Assembly (NCBI GenBank): GCA_934090735.1
Contig: CAKOJR010000002.1
Location: 22,337 to 86,336, forward strand
Direction of reading: 5' to 3'
DNA from: an uncultured Bacilli bacterium
GTDB lineage: Bacteria; Bacillota_I; Bacilli_A; RF39; UBA660
Length of the DNA: 64,000 nucleotides
Positions 26,881 to 39,099 of the stretch are shown here, in pieces; the first letter of the stretch is position 1, and each line of letters begins with the position of its first letter. The notes under the pieces are model-generated. The model saw nothing but the letters and a program-made list of their open reading frames with translations. It made no database searches and was not told where the DNA came from. A program made the position numbers and the translations under genes.

Positions 26881-27894
26881 CTATATCTTTTTAAATATTT
26901 GTTTTTTTCTTGTGATAGCAAGCATTATAACACCTACTATAAGTGAAGTTCCTAAAACTAAGTAGTTATCTTTAATTCCAGTTTTAGGGTTTGTTTCTTC
27001 ATTACCTGTACTTTTAGTTTGTTCAGTTGTACTGTCTGATATGCTAGTATCTTTTGAGTCTGCTTCTTTATCATCTTTGGTATCGGATGGTTCTTTATTT
27101 GGCACGTCTATATCCGGTGTGTCAGAGATTTTATCTGCAAAGCCAATAAGTTTAGAAAAGTCGGCATTTGGGTTAATAGTTAATTCACCTATTATATAAA
27201 ATTCGTCTTCTTTTTGAGTAAGACCAGGAATTTTACTTAAATCGTTACTATAACCATATGAGTAAGAATTAATCATACCTTCTTGATCATCTTTTAGCAC
27301 TTGTTTATTAAATGAATCAGCATATTGTTTTTTTGCTAAATCAAGAGAGTATTGGCCAAATTCGCTTTCTTTAATAACTTGTACTCCTTCATCTGCTGTA
27401 GTTTCTTGATCATCTGGAACCACTATAAATGATGGTTTTGATGTTCCTGTGCCAGTTGAAGAGCCTAAAACAAATTGTAAAATGCTAAACCCATAATAGA
27501 TCATTGAATCTTCTAATTCGATTTTATTTATCTGTGATATGATGCCATACTCTATCATTCCCAAGGATAAACCTATGTCAGCATTTTTGTACTCTTCATA
27601 TGTCATTCCTTTATAAAATCTTCCGGATGTAATAAATGTAATAGTGTTATCATCATTTATTTTGTAATATGATTTTAATGTTTCGTCATTAACAGTAATA
27701 ATCAATTGTTTATTTGTTCTGTCTAAAGTGATTATAATATCTCCGGAGTCTTGCTCTTCACTATTATTTTTTAAACTTTCCATAAGACTTTTTATTCCCT
27801 GTTCTAATACGTCATCTGTAAGCGTTATTTCAGCATTTACAATTACTGGAAATAGTGCTAAAACTACTAATACTATTTTTACAATATTTTTCAT
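26881..27894 (-). CDS. cell-wall-sorted surface protein with NPKTG sorting signal
   Basis: Signal peptide MKNIVKIVLVVLALFPVIVNA. C-terminus is ETNPKTG, then a hydrophobic segment, then RKKQIFKKI. Confidence 0.7.
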   Translation of the reverse strand: MKNIVKIVLVVLALFPVIVNAEITLTDDVLEQGIKSLMESLKNNSEEQDSGDIIITLDRTNKQLIITVNDETLKSYYKINDDNTITFITSGRFYKGMTYEEYKNADIGLSLGMIEYGIISQINKIELEDSMIYYGFSILQFVLGSSTGTGTSKPSFIVVPDDQETTADEGVQVIKESEFGQYSLDLAKKQYADSFNKQVLKDDQEGMINSYSYGYSNDLSKIPGLTQKEDEFYIIGELTINPNADFSKLIGFADKISDTPDIDVPNKEPSDTKDDKEADSKDTSISDSTTEQTKSTGNEETNPKTGIKDNYLVLGTSLIVGVIMLAITRKKQIFKKI

Positions 27895-27899
27895 ATTAC

Positions 27900-29366
27900 T
27901 TACCTTTCTTCAAAATAACTTCCACCAATGAATTCTCTTAAAACATTTGTGTCAGTGATATATTCACTTGGAATTGGGAAAAACATTTGAAGTTCGTTGA
28001 TAAGTCTTTTGGCTTCTCTGTAAAATTTTGAGTTCATTGGAATGCTATATAAAAGTGGTTCTATATATACACGAAGAACTCCAAGTTCATAAATATATGC
28101 AGTATTTATGATCATGTCAGCATCTTTAGTAAATGGGAAGATATATTTTGTTTCACCATTTCTTACGCTTTCCCATGCTTCTAAAGTTTTGGTTATGTCA
28201 TAACCTCGTGTTCGGTTATCTCTTACTATTCTTCTGATAAGTCTCATATCTACCGTTGATAGATGGTTATGTCTATCAATATTTAGCGGGATAAATGGAC
28301 TTAAATATACTTTCATTTTATCTTTACTATCGATGTGACTTGTAAGAGTTTCATTTAAGCAGTGCAATCCTTCAATAAGCAAGATGTCATTTTCTTTCAT
28401 AGTAATTTCTTTGCCTTTATATTCTTTAGTACCAGTTATAAAGTTAAATGTTGGAATGCTTACTGTTTTACCTGCAAGTAGGTCTGTTACCTGATTATTA
28501 AATAGTTCTAAATCAATTGCTTCTAAACATTCGAAATTGTAGGAGCCATCTTCATTTTTAGGATTGTTTTTACGTTCTACAAAGTAGTCATCTAAACTTA
28601 AATATATTGGATTAAGTCCTAGAGCAGATAAGTATAGTGATAGCTTTCTGGTAGTAGTTGTTTTTCCACTTGATGATGGACCACCAAGTAGGATTAGTCT
28701 TTTACCTTCGTGTTTAATTACACTAGCTGCTTCACTTAAAGTACTATCCATTATAATATCGTTCTTTTTAATAAATGATTTAATTTCACTATTTGAGATT
28801 ATTCTGTTTAGGTCAGCTACATATTTAATATTTTGTTTATTCATCCAAGAAGTGTACTCAGCAAAACTTTTTATAATAAGGTCTTGAGGAACATACTCTG
28901 GAACTACTTCAGTATCTTCTACTGGTATAGATAGAACTACCATATTATTTCCTAGGTAAGTTAACCTATAGTTTTTAAGTTCTCCAGTAGTTTTTGGCAT
29001 GTCACTCATAAAATAATTATAGTAACCATCTAATTCGTATAGAGTTACAGTTTTGGTATTCAAATTTTGAATATTACCAGCTTTTTCATATAATGCTTTT
29101 TTTATATAATAGTTATAAGCATCGGTTTTTGTTACTACCTTTTTAGTTATTTTTAAATTTTTATTTATAAGTTCATTTATATAGTTTTTTATTTTTTCGA
29201 TATCTTCATCTGTTAAGGTTTTTGTTGCAATGATTTGTGAGTATAGTCCTTTATCGATACTGTGCAGGTAATTAATATCTATATATCCTAAATGTTTTAT
29301 AGCAACATATAAAAGAAATTTCATACCAGATTGATATTTCTTTTGGTCAGCTCTATCTAACAACAT
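27900..29366 (-). CDS. uridine-kinase/phosphoribulokinase-family nucleoside kinase with long N-terminal domain
   Basis: Walker A GGPSSSGKTTT, LLIEGLHCLNE, and a family-typical C-terminus. Start moved to the ATG at 29366 (GGAGTGAT SD). Confidence 0.7.
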   Translation of the reverse strand: MLLDRADQKKYQSGMKFLLYVAIKHLGYIDINYLHSIDKGLYSQIIATKTLTDEDIEKIKNYINELINKNLKITKKVVTKTDAYNYYIKKALYEKAGNIQNLNTKTVTLYELDGYYNYFMSDMPKTTGELKNYRLTYLGNNMVVLSIPVEDTEVVPEYVPQDLIIKSFAEYTSWMNKQNIKYVADLNRIISNSEIKSFIKKNDIIMDSTLSEAASVIKHEGKRLILLGGPSSSGKTTTTRKLSLYLSALGLNPIYLSLDDYFVERKNNPKNEDGSYNFECLEAIDLELFNNQVTDLLAGKTVSIPTFNFITGTKEYKGKEITMKENDILLIEGLHCLNETLTSHIDSKDKMKVYLSPFIPLNIDRHNHLSTVDMRLIRRIVRDNRTRGYDITKTLEAWESVRNGETKYIFPFTKDADMIINTAYIYELGVLRVYIEPLLYSIPMNSKFYREAKRLINELQMFFPIPSEYITDTNVLREFIGGSYFEER

Positions 29367-29483
29367 CTTTATCACTCCTCGTTATTCTATAGTTAAGTAT
29401 ATCAAAATTTGTCTTAAAAAAAAACTATTTTTAATGTATATTTTGCTTTTATTTTATTTAAAATAGTATTAGGTGAAAAAATA

Positions 29484-30056
29484 ATGGTCTTAATTCCAAA
29501 TATTATTGAGAAAAGTATTAGTGGTGAGAAGATTTATGATATTTATACGAAGTTACTTAGTAGTCGTATTATTTTTTTAAATGGAGAGATTGATGACAAT
29601 ATGGCTGGATTGATTATTTCGGAGCTTCTTTATTTAGATTCAATTAATCACGATGATATTTATATTTATATTAGTAGTCCAGGTGGTTCGGTTACTAGTG
29701 GAATGAGTATTTTCGATACAATGAATTATGTTAAGAGTGATGTTTCAACAGTGGCTTGCGGGATGTGTGCCAGTATGGCAGCAATTATTCTTGCTAATGG
29801 TGCTAAAGGTAAAAGGCTAATCTTGCCTAATTCTGAGGTGATGATTCATCAAGTTTTAGGTGGAACTCAAGGGCAAGCAACTGAAATAAAGATACAAGCA
29901 GAAAGAATTCTTAATTTAAAGAAGAGGCTTAATAATATTTTAGCTAATCTTACTGGTCAAAGTATAAAAAAAATAGATAATGATACAGAAAGAGATCATT
30001 ATCTAAGTAGTGCTGAAGCACTTGAGTATGGTATTGTGGATAAGGTGCTTAACTAA
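29484..30056 (+). CDS. clpP: ATP-dependent Clp protease proteolytic subunit
   Basis: 190 aa. IYDIYTKLLSSRIIFLNGEIDD, catalytic-Ser context CGMCASMAA, and MIHQ. Confidence 0.93.
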   Translation: MVLIPNIIEKSISGEKIYDIYTKLLSSRIIFLNGEIDDNMAGLIISELLYLDSINHDDIYIYISSPGGSVTSGMSIFDTMNYVKSDVSTVACGMCASMAAIILANGAKGKRLILPNSEVMIHQVLGGTQGQATEIKIQAERILNLKKRLNNILANLTGQSIKKIDNDTERDHYLSSAEALEYGIVDKVLN

Positions 30057-31179
30057 CCCAGTTTAGGTCAATTGCTTTACTTCTTGATGTGTTTCCAGAA
30101 GCATCTTTAGCCCAAATATAATAGGTTCCTTTTTTAGTGATTTGATAATTTAGTTTATCAAATTTTTTTGTGTTTTCAATTATTATCCAACTAGTCGGTT
30201 TAGAGATGGTTTTAGTAACAGCGTAAGCTACTACACCTGATGAAGCATCCGTTATTTCCCCTTTTATTATTTTATTTTCTTCGTCAAATTCATTTATATT
30301 TATTTCTGGCGCGATGTTATCAATGTTTGTAATATTTACTTCTTCTTTTGTCATGTTTCCAGATAAATCTTTAACGCAGATATACCATATGCCATTTTCA
30401 TCAATTGTAGCTTCAATTTTGTTTGCAGTTATATTTTGATAATTTTTGCATGTTTTGGAAATGCTGTATGAAGCAAGGCCGGAGTCTTCATCTGTAACAG
30501 TAGCGCTTATTATTATGCTGCTTGCATACTTTTCTTTATTGTAGGTTATGTCACTTATTATAGGAGCTTTATCATCTACAACAATTACATTAGTTTTATA
30601 TTCTTTATCTTTAAAGATATAGGTTATTTCATAAAGACCTATTTCATCTAGATTATACTCTTCTTTTAATTTAATATTTTTTAAGGTTAAATAATCACTT
30701 ATTATTTTTCCATTGTACGCAAATGAAAGAGATGGGGTATTTAAAATATCTTTTAAGTTTAATGATTTGTTGCTTAAGTTTTTAACAATATTTTTCGTAA
30801 AAAGACCACTATCATATTTTGAAGGATATGTTACTGATATATTTTCATATTCATCTAGAGTTATGCCTATTTTATCGTTTAGTGCAGATTTTTTAGTTTT
30901 GGGATTTTTAATATTTTTGCTTAAATATGAATCGTTTACTAAGTCCTCTACTTTCAAATTAATATAAGCATAGTCTTTTTTTAATTTATTAATAATATCT
31001 TTATGATTGTCTAGATATTTATATGTGCTTTCGGTTATTAACATTTCATAATCGTTATACTTTTTGATATTTTGTTTTTTAAAGTGATTCGTTATTATTA
31101 AAGTTATACTTAAGATTATTAATAAAGCTGTTACTATTATAGATATATATTCAATATATGAATGGTCTTTTGTTTTCAT
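30049..31179 (-). CDS. membrane-anchored protein with repeated Ig-like modules
   Basis: N-terminal TM helix. Two similar modules (..DEDSGLASYSISKT..VKDLSGN.. and ..DASSGVVAYAVTKT..AKDASGN..). There is an 8-bp convergent overlap with clpP. Confidence 0.55.
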   Translation of the reverse strand: MKTKDHSYIEYISIIVTALLIILSITLIITNHFKKQNIKKYNDYEMLITESTYKYLDNHKDIINKLKKDYAYINLKVEDLVNDSYLSKNIKNPKTKKSALNDKIGITLDEYENISVTYPSKYDSGLFTKNIVKNLSNKSLNLKDILNTPSLSFAYNGKIISDYLTLKNIKLKEEYNLDEIGLYEITYIFKDKEYKTNVIVVDDKAPIISDITYNKEKYASSIIISATVTDEDSGLASYSISKTCKNYQNITANKIEATIDENGIWYICVKDLSGNMTKEEVNITNIDNIAPEININEFDEENKIIKGEITDASSGVVAYAVTKTISKPTSWIIIENTKKFDKLNYQITKKGTYYIWAKDASGNTSRSKAIDLNWVS

Positions 31180-31181
31180 TA

Positions 31182-32601
<1,420 letters not shown>

Positions 32602-32610
32602 TCACTTCCT

Positions 32611-33636
32611 TTATTTGATTAACATGGCATCGCCAAAACTAAAGAAACGATATTTCATTTTTACGGCTTCGTTATAAGCGTTTAAAATATTTTCTTTGCT
32701 TGAAAATGCTGATACTAACATTACTAATGTACTTTTTGGTAAGTGGAAGTTAGTAATAAGGCCATCTATGCCTTTGAATTTAAATCCTGGGTAGATAAAA
32801 ATACTTGTGTCTCCACTTGTTGGAACAAATTTTTCGTTATTTTGCATAATTGTTTCCAGAGTTCTTACACTTGTTGTACCAACTGCATAGATCTTGCCAC
32901 CAGCTTTTCTAATCTCATTAAGAGCATCTGCTGCTTCTTTTGACATTATGTAGTGTTCTTTATGCATAACATGTTTTGTTACGTCTTCAACGTTTACTGG
33001 CCTAAATGTTCCTAGTCCGACATGCAAAGTAATATGAACTATTTTAATACCTTTTTCTTCTATTTTCTCTAGAAGTTCTTTAGTGAAGTGTAAGCCAGCA
33101 GTTGGCGCCGCAGCTGAACCATATTCTTTTGCATACACTGTTTGATACATGTCTTTATTTTCTAGTTTTTCATGAATATATGGAGGTAGTGGCATTGTTC
33201 CTAGTTTTTCTAGAATTTCCATTAGAATTCCATTGTAGATTAATTCTACTTCAGTTATTCCTTCTTCTTTAATCTTTATAACTTTTGCTTTTAGAGAGCC
33301 ATCACCAAAGGTAATAATAGTGCCTTCTTTTAGTCTTTTTTGAGGTTTTGCTAAACATTTCCAGATATCTTTTTCTTCAGGATTTAGGAGTAATAACTCA
33401 ATAACTGCTCCAGTTTCTTCTTTAATACCAATTATTCTTGCAGGGATTACTTTAGTATCATTTATTACTAAGGCATCACCTTTATTTAGATAATCTATAA
33501 CGTCATAAAAATATTTATGAGTAAGCTCTCCTGTTACTCTATCCATTACGAGAAGTCTACTTTCATCTCTTTTTTCTAGCGGAGTTTGAGCAATAAGTTC
33601 TTTTGGTAGGTAGTAATCAAATTCTTCTGTTTTCAT
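32611..33636 (-). CDS. queA: S-adenosylmethionine:tRNA ribosyltransferase-isomerase
   Basis: [35 protein letters not shown], and the queA-tgt context. Confidence 0.93.
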   Translation of the reverse strand: MKTEEFDYYLPKELIAQTPLEKRDESRLLVMDRVTGELTHKYFYDVIDYLNKGDALVINDTKVIPARIIGIKEETGAVIELLLLNPEEKDIWKCLAKPQKRLKEGTIITFGDGSLKAKVIKIKEEGITEVELIYNGILMEILEKLGTMPLPPYIHEKLENKDMYQTVYAKEYGSAAAPTAGLHFTKELLEKIEEKGIKIVHITLHVGLGTFRPVNVEDVTKHVMHKEHYIMSKEAADALNEIRKAGGKIYAVGTTSVRTLETIMQNNEKFVPTSGDTSIFIYPGFKFKGIDGLITNFHLPKSTLVMLVSAFSSKENILNAYNEAVKMKYRFFSFGDAMLIK

Positions 33637-33997
33637 TTTTAGTTACACTTCTTTCTGATAATATTTGCAAAATTGTTTCGTAGTCTGGATAGTCAATTAC
33701 TTTCATGTACATAAGGGTTTCTGTTAATATTATTAATTCATTTATGCGAAATTTTAATATTTCCGGATCATAATAAGTACAAGCAAAAATAATTGTAAGT
33801 ATAGCGTCTTTTTGTTCATTTTTAGCAACTACTTCTAAGATATAATCAATGTAATCACGTAGTCTTGCAAGTTCTCTAAAGGTTAATGATGGTAATTTTT
33901 TTATTGATTCCATTTTTATTATGTCTTCATCATTTTCTGGTACTATCCAGCTGATTCTTCTTTTAATTGGATTTATAAGGTCGGTTTCTTTTGACAT
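33617..33997 (-). CDS. hypothetical protein
   Basis: 126 aa from the ATG at 33997 (AAAGGAG SD 7 nt upstream; the track's earlier ATG is part of the SD). It overlaps the queA start by 20 nt. No family recognised. Confidence 0.5.
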   Translation of the reverse strand: MSKETDLINPIKRRISWIVPENDEDIIKMESIKKLPSLTFRELARLRDYIDYILEVVAKNEQKDAILTIIFACTYYDPEILKFRINELIILTETLMYMKVIDYPDYETILQILSERSVTKNENRRI

Positions 33998-34041
33998 AAT
34001 GACTCCTTTCATAGATTATTATAAAACAAAAAGACCTTGTT

Positions 34042-34527
34042 TTAAAGCCTTTTCGTGTATTTCATGAATGTAAAGTTTATACCATCTTCAGTGCATTTTT
34101 TTATTTCTTCAGCAGTGTAATCTTCTTTATTAAATTCTGGAAAGAAAGTGTCTGCTTTTTTTTCAAGATCAACTAAGGTTAAGTAAAGATATTTACAGTA
34201 CGGAAGAAATTCTTTATAGATTTTAGCTCCACCTATTATGAAACATTCTTCATCTGTTTGTTTTATGTAGTTAAGTATTTCTTCTTTAGTGTGCATTATG
34301 ATAGCACCATCTACATTGTAGGACTCATTAGATGATAAGATAATGTGTTTCCTTCCTTTTAGGAGTCCAGGAAGTGATTCAAAAGTTTTTCTACCCATAA
34401 TAATAGTTTTGCTTGCCGTAGTTTCCCTAAAAAACTTCATATCTTCTTTTAGGTGCCATAGTAGATGATTATCAATTCCTAATTCATTATTTTTGCCGAT
34501 AGCAGCAATTAAAGATAAATTATTCAT
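34042..34527 (-). CDS. folA: dihydrofolate reductase
   Basis: LIAAIGKNNELG..LLWHLKEDMKFFRETT..IIMGRKTFESL, and the thyA-folA pair. ATG at 34527 is preferred over the track's TTG at 34542. Confidence 0.88.
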   Translation of the reverse strand: MNNLSLIAAIGKNNELGIDNHLLWHLKEDMKFFRETTASKTIIMGRKTFESLPGLLKGRKHIILSSNESYNVDGAIIMHTKEEILNYIKQTDEECFIIGGAKIYKEFLPYCKYLYLTLVDLEKKADTFFPEFNKEDYTAEEIKKCTEDGINFTFMKYTKRL

Positions 34528-34531
34528 AATA

Positions 34532-35431
34532 TTACTGCGCAATTGGGAATTTAATTGATCCCATATGCTTGTATCCTTCTATTTTAATATCTTTTAAATC
34601 TTTACTATTATCAAATTTGAAGAAATCAGTTACTTCTGGATTAATCCATAGCGTTGGTGCTTTAATGTCTTCACTAGTTTTTGATCTTTCAATCTGCTCT
34701 TTGATACCATCTATTTGATTTACGTATATGTGTGCATCTTTTAAACTCCAGTCAATTGTTCCTGGTTTTAATCCGGTTACGTGAGCAATTAATGATAAAA
34801 GCACTGCATACTGAGTAACATTAAATGGCAAGCCTAGTGGTACATCACAGCTTCTTTGATGAACCCAAAGATTTAGTTTACCATCTGTTACATCCCATTC
34901 ACTAGACCATACACATGATGGCAATACTGCAGTTTCTAGATAATCATTTTGCCATAAACTCATTACCATACGGCGGTCTGTTGAATTGTTTTTTATTGTG
35001 TCTATTAGATTTTGAGTAAGCTTAAATTTATTTGTAATATATCCGTAAGCTGTACCAATTGTATGAGCATATTCTTTAGGAAATTTTCTTATTACTTCTT
35101 TTTTTACGTACTCGCCGTTTTCAACAACATTTTGAGTTGCTTTCCATAATCCTTCTTCATCAATTTCCCATTCGTCCCAGATATGGACATTACGTTCTTG
35201 AAGCCATCTTACGTCATTGGACTGTGCTTGATAAATCCATAACATTTCAAGTATTGCTTGTCTAAAGAAAAGCTGTTTAGAAGCTAGGACAGGAAACTCT
35301 TCACTTAAATCAAAATGCAAGTGATAAGATGGTATTTTAATTGTGTCTATTCCAGTTCTATTTTGCACTCTTACTCCTTCATCTAATATTTTTGTGCATA
35401 GTTTGATATACTCTTTATCCCATTTAGTCAT
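34532..35431 (-). CDS. thyA: thymidylate synthase (ThyA type)
   Basis: DRTGIDT-like NRTGIDT, the catalytic region LPSCVWSSEWDV (Cys-containing), and the VHQRSCDVPLGLPFN motif. Confidence 0.9.
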   Translation of the reverse strand: MTKWDKEYIKLCTKILDEGVRVQNRTGIDTIKIPSYHLHFDLSEEFPVLASKQLFFRQAILEMLWIYQAQSNDVRWLQERNVHIWDEWEIDEEGLWKATQNVVENGEYVKKEVIRKFPKEYAHTIGTAYGYITNKFKLTQNLIDTIKNNSTDRRMVMSLWQNDYLETAVLPSCVWSSEWDVTDGKLNLWVHQRSCDVPLGLPFNVTQYAVLLSLIAHVTGLKPGTIDWSLKDAHIYVNQIDGIKEQIERSKTSEDIKAPTLWINPEVTDFFKFDNSKDLKDIKIEGYKHMGSIKFPIAQ

Positions 35432-35432
35432 G

Positions 35433-36665
35433 TTATACTCCCTTTCTATATAGTGGATGACTACTTGTTAACCTTAATACTTGTTTTCTTAAATTATCTA
35501 AAATTTCTTCATTATCCCTATTTCTTAGAGCCTCAATAATTATGATACCAACTTCTTCGAAGTCTTCTTCATTAAATCCTCTTGTAGTCATAGCTGGAGT
35601 ACCAATTCTTAGGCCTGATGTTTTAAATGGACTTTCAGTATCGTTTGGAATAGTATTTTTATTGGTTGTAATGTTTATCTTGTCTAGAATGGTTTCAGCT
35701 TCTTTACCAGTGATACCGAATGATGATTTAACATCGATAAGCATTAAGTGATTATCAGTTCCACCAGAAATAACTTTAACGCCATTATCCATAAACGTTT
35801 TGCTTAGCGCTTTAGCATTCTTAATTATGTTTGTAGCGTACTCTTTAAAACTAGGCTCCATTGCTTCATAGAAACACTGGGCTTTAGCTGCAATAACGTG
35901 CATTAATGGTCCGCCTTGAATTCCTGGGAAGATTGTTTTATTTATTTTAGTTATGATTTCTTCATTATTTGTTAGGATAAGTCCACCTCTAGGTCCTCTT
36001 AGAGTTTTATGAGTTGTTGTAGTTATAACGTCTGCATATGGTGCTGGTGATGGATGAAGGCCAGTAGCAACAAGTCCAGCAATATGAGCCATATCTACCA
36101 TTAGATATGCTCCTACTTCGTTAGCTATTTCTCTAAATTTAGCAAAGTCGATCATTCTTGAGTAAGCACTAGCTCCGGCAATAATCATTTTAGGTTTGCT
36201 TTCTAGAGCTATGTTTCTTAATTCGTTATAGTCAATGATGCCACTATCTTTATCAACTGTGTATGATACGATATTGTATTCTTTGCCACTAAAGCTCATT
36301 GGGTGTCCGTGAGTTAGATGCCCACCATTAGATAGGTCCATGCCTAAAACAGTATCACCAATGTTAAGAAGTGCTTTATAGACTGCCATGTTTGCGGATG
36401 ATCCAGAGTGTGGCTGAACGTTAGCATATTTAACATGAAATAACTTGCATGCATAATCAATTGCTAAATTTTCAATTTCATCTATATAGGTGCATCCTCC
36501 ATAATATTTTTTGCCTGGGTAACCTTCAGCATATTTATTTGTTAGAATACTTCCTTGAAGTTTTAAAATATCTTTTGATACATAGTTTTCACTTGCAATA
36601 AGTTCAATATTTTCTTCTTGTCTTTGAGTTTCTTTTCTTAATAAGCTTGATATTTTTCTATCCAT
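35433..36665 (-). CDS. glyA: serine hydroxymethyltransferase
   Basis: [18 protein letters not shown], and the PLP-lysine region [14 protein letters not shown]. Confidence 0.94.
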   Translation of the reverse strand: MDRKISSLLRKETQRQEENIELIASENYVSKDILKLQGSILTNKYAEGYPGKKYYGGCTYIDEIENLAIDYACKLFHVKYANVQPHSGSSANMAVYKALLNIGDTVLGMDLSNGGHLTHGHPMSFSGKEYNIVSYTVDKDSGIIDYNELRNIALESKPKMIIAGASAYSRMIDFAKFREIANEVGAYLMVDMAHIAGLVATGLHPSPAPYADVITTTTHKTLRGPRGGLILTNNEEIITKINKTIFPGIQGGPLMHVIAAKAQCFYEAMEPSFKEYATNIIKNAKALSKTFMDNGVKVISGGTDNHLMLIDVKSSFGITGKEAETILDKINITTNKNTIPNDTESPFKTSGLRIGTPAMTTRGFNEEDFEEVGIIIIEALRNRDNEEILDNLRKQVLRLTSSHPLYRKGV

Positions 36666-37660
36666 TATAATAATCCTCCTTTAATGTGATTGTAACTTTT
36701 ATCAGTAGCCATTCTTCCTCTAGGTGTTCTTTTTAAAAATCCTTCTTGCATTAGATATGGCTCAACAACATCTTCTAGGGTTGAAACTTCTTCGCCAATT
36801 GATGATGCGATTGTTTCAACTCCTACTGGACCCCCATTGAATTTATAAATTAAACTTTCTAAGTATTCGATATCTATTTGATCCAGACCGTAGTTATCTA
36901 CTTTTAGTCTGTCTAAGGCTTCCATCGTTGTTTCTAAGTCGATTTCATCTAAACCTTTTACTTGAGCAAAGTCTCTAACTCTTTTAAATAATCTATTAGC
37001 GATTCTTGGTGTTTTACGGCTTCTTTTAGATAATTCTGCAGCTGCTTCTTTATTTATTTTCATGTTTAGTACGCGGCTTGTTCTTTCAATTATTTTTTGT
37101 AGTTCTTCATCTGTGTAGTAGTTTAGTTTTGAGACGATACCAAATCTATCTCTTAAAGGTGCAGAAATATCTCCTGCTCTAGTTGTTGCACCAACTAAGG
37201 TAAATGGTGGAAGATCTATTTTGATGCTTCTACTACTTCCTTCACTACCAACAACAATATCAAGTTCAAAGTCTTCCATTGCTGGATATAAAATTTCTTC
37301 AATAAATTTAGGAATGCGGTGAATTTCGTCTATGAATAAGACGTCACCTGGTTCTAGCGTACTTAAAACAGCGGCCAAGTCACCACTCTTTTCTAGAGAT
37401 GGCCCTGTGGTCGTTTTAATATTTGTGCCAAGCTCATTAGCAATGATATGAGCTAAAGTTGTTTTACCTAGTCCTGGAGGGCCATAAAGTAAAACGTGAT
37501 CTAAAGCTTCATCTCTCATTTTGGCTGCCTCAACAAAAACGCGAATATTTTCTTTTACTTCATTTTGTCCAATATATTCATCTAAAACTTGGGGTCTTAA
37601 TGTTTCTTCTAAATTATTATCACTAGGTAATTCTTCGTTTGTTATTACTCTTTCTTCCAT
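36665..37660 (-). CDS. ruvB: Holliday junction branch migration helicase RuvB
   Basis: Walker [10 protein letters not shown], Walker B LFIDEIHR, and the family C-terminus. Confidence 0.94.
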   Translation of the reverse strand: MEERVITNEELPSDNNLEETLRPQVLDEYIGQNEVKENIRVFVEAAKMRDEALDHVLLYGPPGLGKTTLAHIIANELGTNIKTTTGPSLEKSGDLAAVLSTLEPGDVLFIDEIHRIPKFIEEILYPAMEDFELDIVVGSEGSSRSIKIDLPPFTLVGATTRAGDISAPLRDRFGIVSKLNYYTDEELQKIIERTSRVLNMKINKEAAAELSKRSRKTPRIANRLFKRVRDFAQVKGLDEIDLETTMEALDRLKVDNYGLDQIDIEYLESLIYKFNGGPVGVETIASSIGEEVSTLEDVVEPYLMQEGFLKRTPRGRMATDKSYNHIKGGLL

Positions 37661-38194
37661 TTAATTACTTCTTTCTATTATGTAGTTTGCTATATCTAGC
37701 CAGTTACTAAAAATTAAATGTTTGCTCTCTTTCTTTTCGTTTGTATACCAAATTGTTTGAATTCCATATTCTTTTACTTCATCAAGAATTTTTTCTTTAT
37801 CATCAATGAAGTATGATACATTTAATTCTTTAGCTGTTTTTCCCTTTTTATTTTGTTTATAATAGATTTCATCGTATGGTAAATCATATTTTTCTAGCAT
37901 TTCAACGCTTGCTTTTTCGTATTCGTAATTTAAATCATAACCACGAGCTGTAATAATAACAATCTTATAACCATGTTCTTTAAGCATGGTAAGAGCTTCT
38001 TTTACAAATGGTTTTAATGTAAGATTTTTTTGGATATTGTAAGCATGTACTTCTAGAAATGCTTTAACATCTTTATTTTTAATATCATCACAGTAGTCGT
38101 TAAATTTTAAGTTTGGGGCATATTTTTTTACATATTTTAAAGCTTCATCGTGAGTATTTGTGATTGTTTCATCTATATCTATACCAATTACCAT
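37661..38194 (-). CDS. HAD-superfamily hydrolase (NT5C-like nucleotidase?) inserted between ruvA and ruvB
   Basis: DIDETITN (DxDxT) at the N-terminus, ..ITAR.., ..YFIDDK... Substrate unknown. Confidence 0.55.
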   Translation of the reverse strand: MVIGIDIDETITNTHDEALKYVKKYAPNLKFNDYCDDIKNKDVKAFLEVHAYNIQKNLTLKPFVKEALTMLKEHGYKIVIITARGYDLNYEYEKASVEMLEKYDLPYDEIYYKQNKKGKTAKELNVSYFIDDKEKILDEVKEYGIQTIWYTNEKKESKHLIFSNWLDIANYIIERSN

Positions 38195-38197
38195 AGG

Positions 38198-38746
38198 TTA
38201 CCTCAACATTAATTTTAATGCTTCCTTTATTTGATTTTCGATGCTTAATTCAGAATCAACTTTTGGCAGAATCTTCTTGATGTCTGCACTTTTATATCCA
38301 AGGTTAAGTAGTACCTCAACAAGCTCTTCATTACTGCTTGTACTTGTAACTTCAATATTAATTTTTCCTTTTAAATCTAGAATAATTTGTCTTGCGAGTT
38401 TATCTCCAACTTTAGGAAATTTAGTTAAATAAAGGATATTTTCTCTATCTATTGCATCAATGATTCCACTTACTGAACCAGAGGCAAACATTGGTAAAGC
38501 TGTTTTTGGACCTAATCCTTTTACTGCTATTAGTCTTAAAAATAATTCTTTTTCATCCATACTTTTGAATCCATATAATGAGTTTTCGTTTTCTGTTATA
38601 TTTTGATAAGTATAGACTGTGTATTCTTTACCTATTTCATATGCGTATGGGTTTGCGACAAAGATAATATAACCAATGCCATTATTTTCAAGAACTATAT
38701 GATTACTTGTTAAATATTTTACGCTTCCTATTATGTATCCGAACAT
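38198..38746 (-). CDS. ruvA: Holliday junction DNA-binding protein RuvA
   Basis: 182 aa with an OB N-terminus, LYGF, and HhH region LIAVKGLGPKTA. Confidence 0.9.
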   Translation of the reverse strand: MFGYIIGSVKYLTSNHIVLENNGIGYIIFVANPYAYEIGKEYTVYTYQNITENENSLYGFKSMDEKELFLRLIAVKGLGPKTALPMFASGSVSGIIDAIDRENILYLTKFPKVGDKLARQIILDLKGKINIEVTSTSSNEELVEVLLNLGYKSADIKKILPKVDSELSIENQIKEALKLMLR

Positions 38747-38875
38747 TGTTTATCACCTTTTTAATTATAACATGATGCTTATCTTTAACCAAGAATATTT
38801 AGAAAGTTTTAAAAATTTATTAACAACTTTGAATACTTTTGAGTAAACTATAGTAGATACAAAGGAGGTATTAAC

Positions 38876-39073
38876 ATGTATTACTACGGATACAATGGTG
38901 GTTATAATGGAATGAATACTCCATATAACCCTTGTTACAATACTGGTTATGTTGGAAACACTAATGGTGGATACGGACTAGGTGCTGCTTTATGGATCGT
39001 ATTATTTATTCTTTTAGTAATTATTATTGGTGCTGGATGGTCTTGGGGAAACAACAATAACGGAAACATCTAA
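38876..39073 (+). CDS. small Gly/Asn/Tyr-rich protein with YjcZ-like TM core
   Basis: 65 aa, MYYYGYNGGYNG...GAALWIVLFILLVIIIGAGW..., with an AAGGAGG SD. Confidence 0.6.
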   Translation: MYYYGYNGGYNGMNTPYNPCYNTGYVGNTNGGYGLGAALWIVLFILLVIIIGAGWSWGNNNNGNI

Positions 39074-39099
39074 AAAAGGAAGCCTTCGTGGTTTCCTTT

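Noticed and set aside
29376-29483. CtsR operator upstream of clpP
   Set aside because: I looked for the (A/G)GTCAAA direct repeat and found none in the intergenic region.
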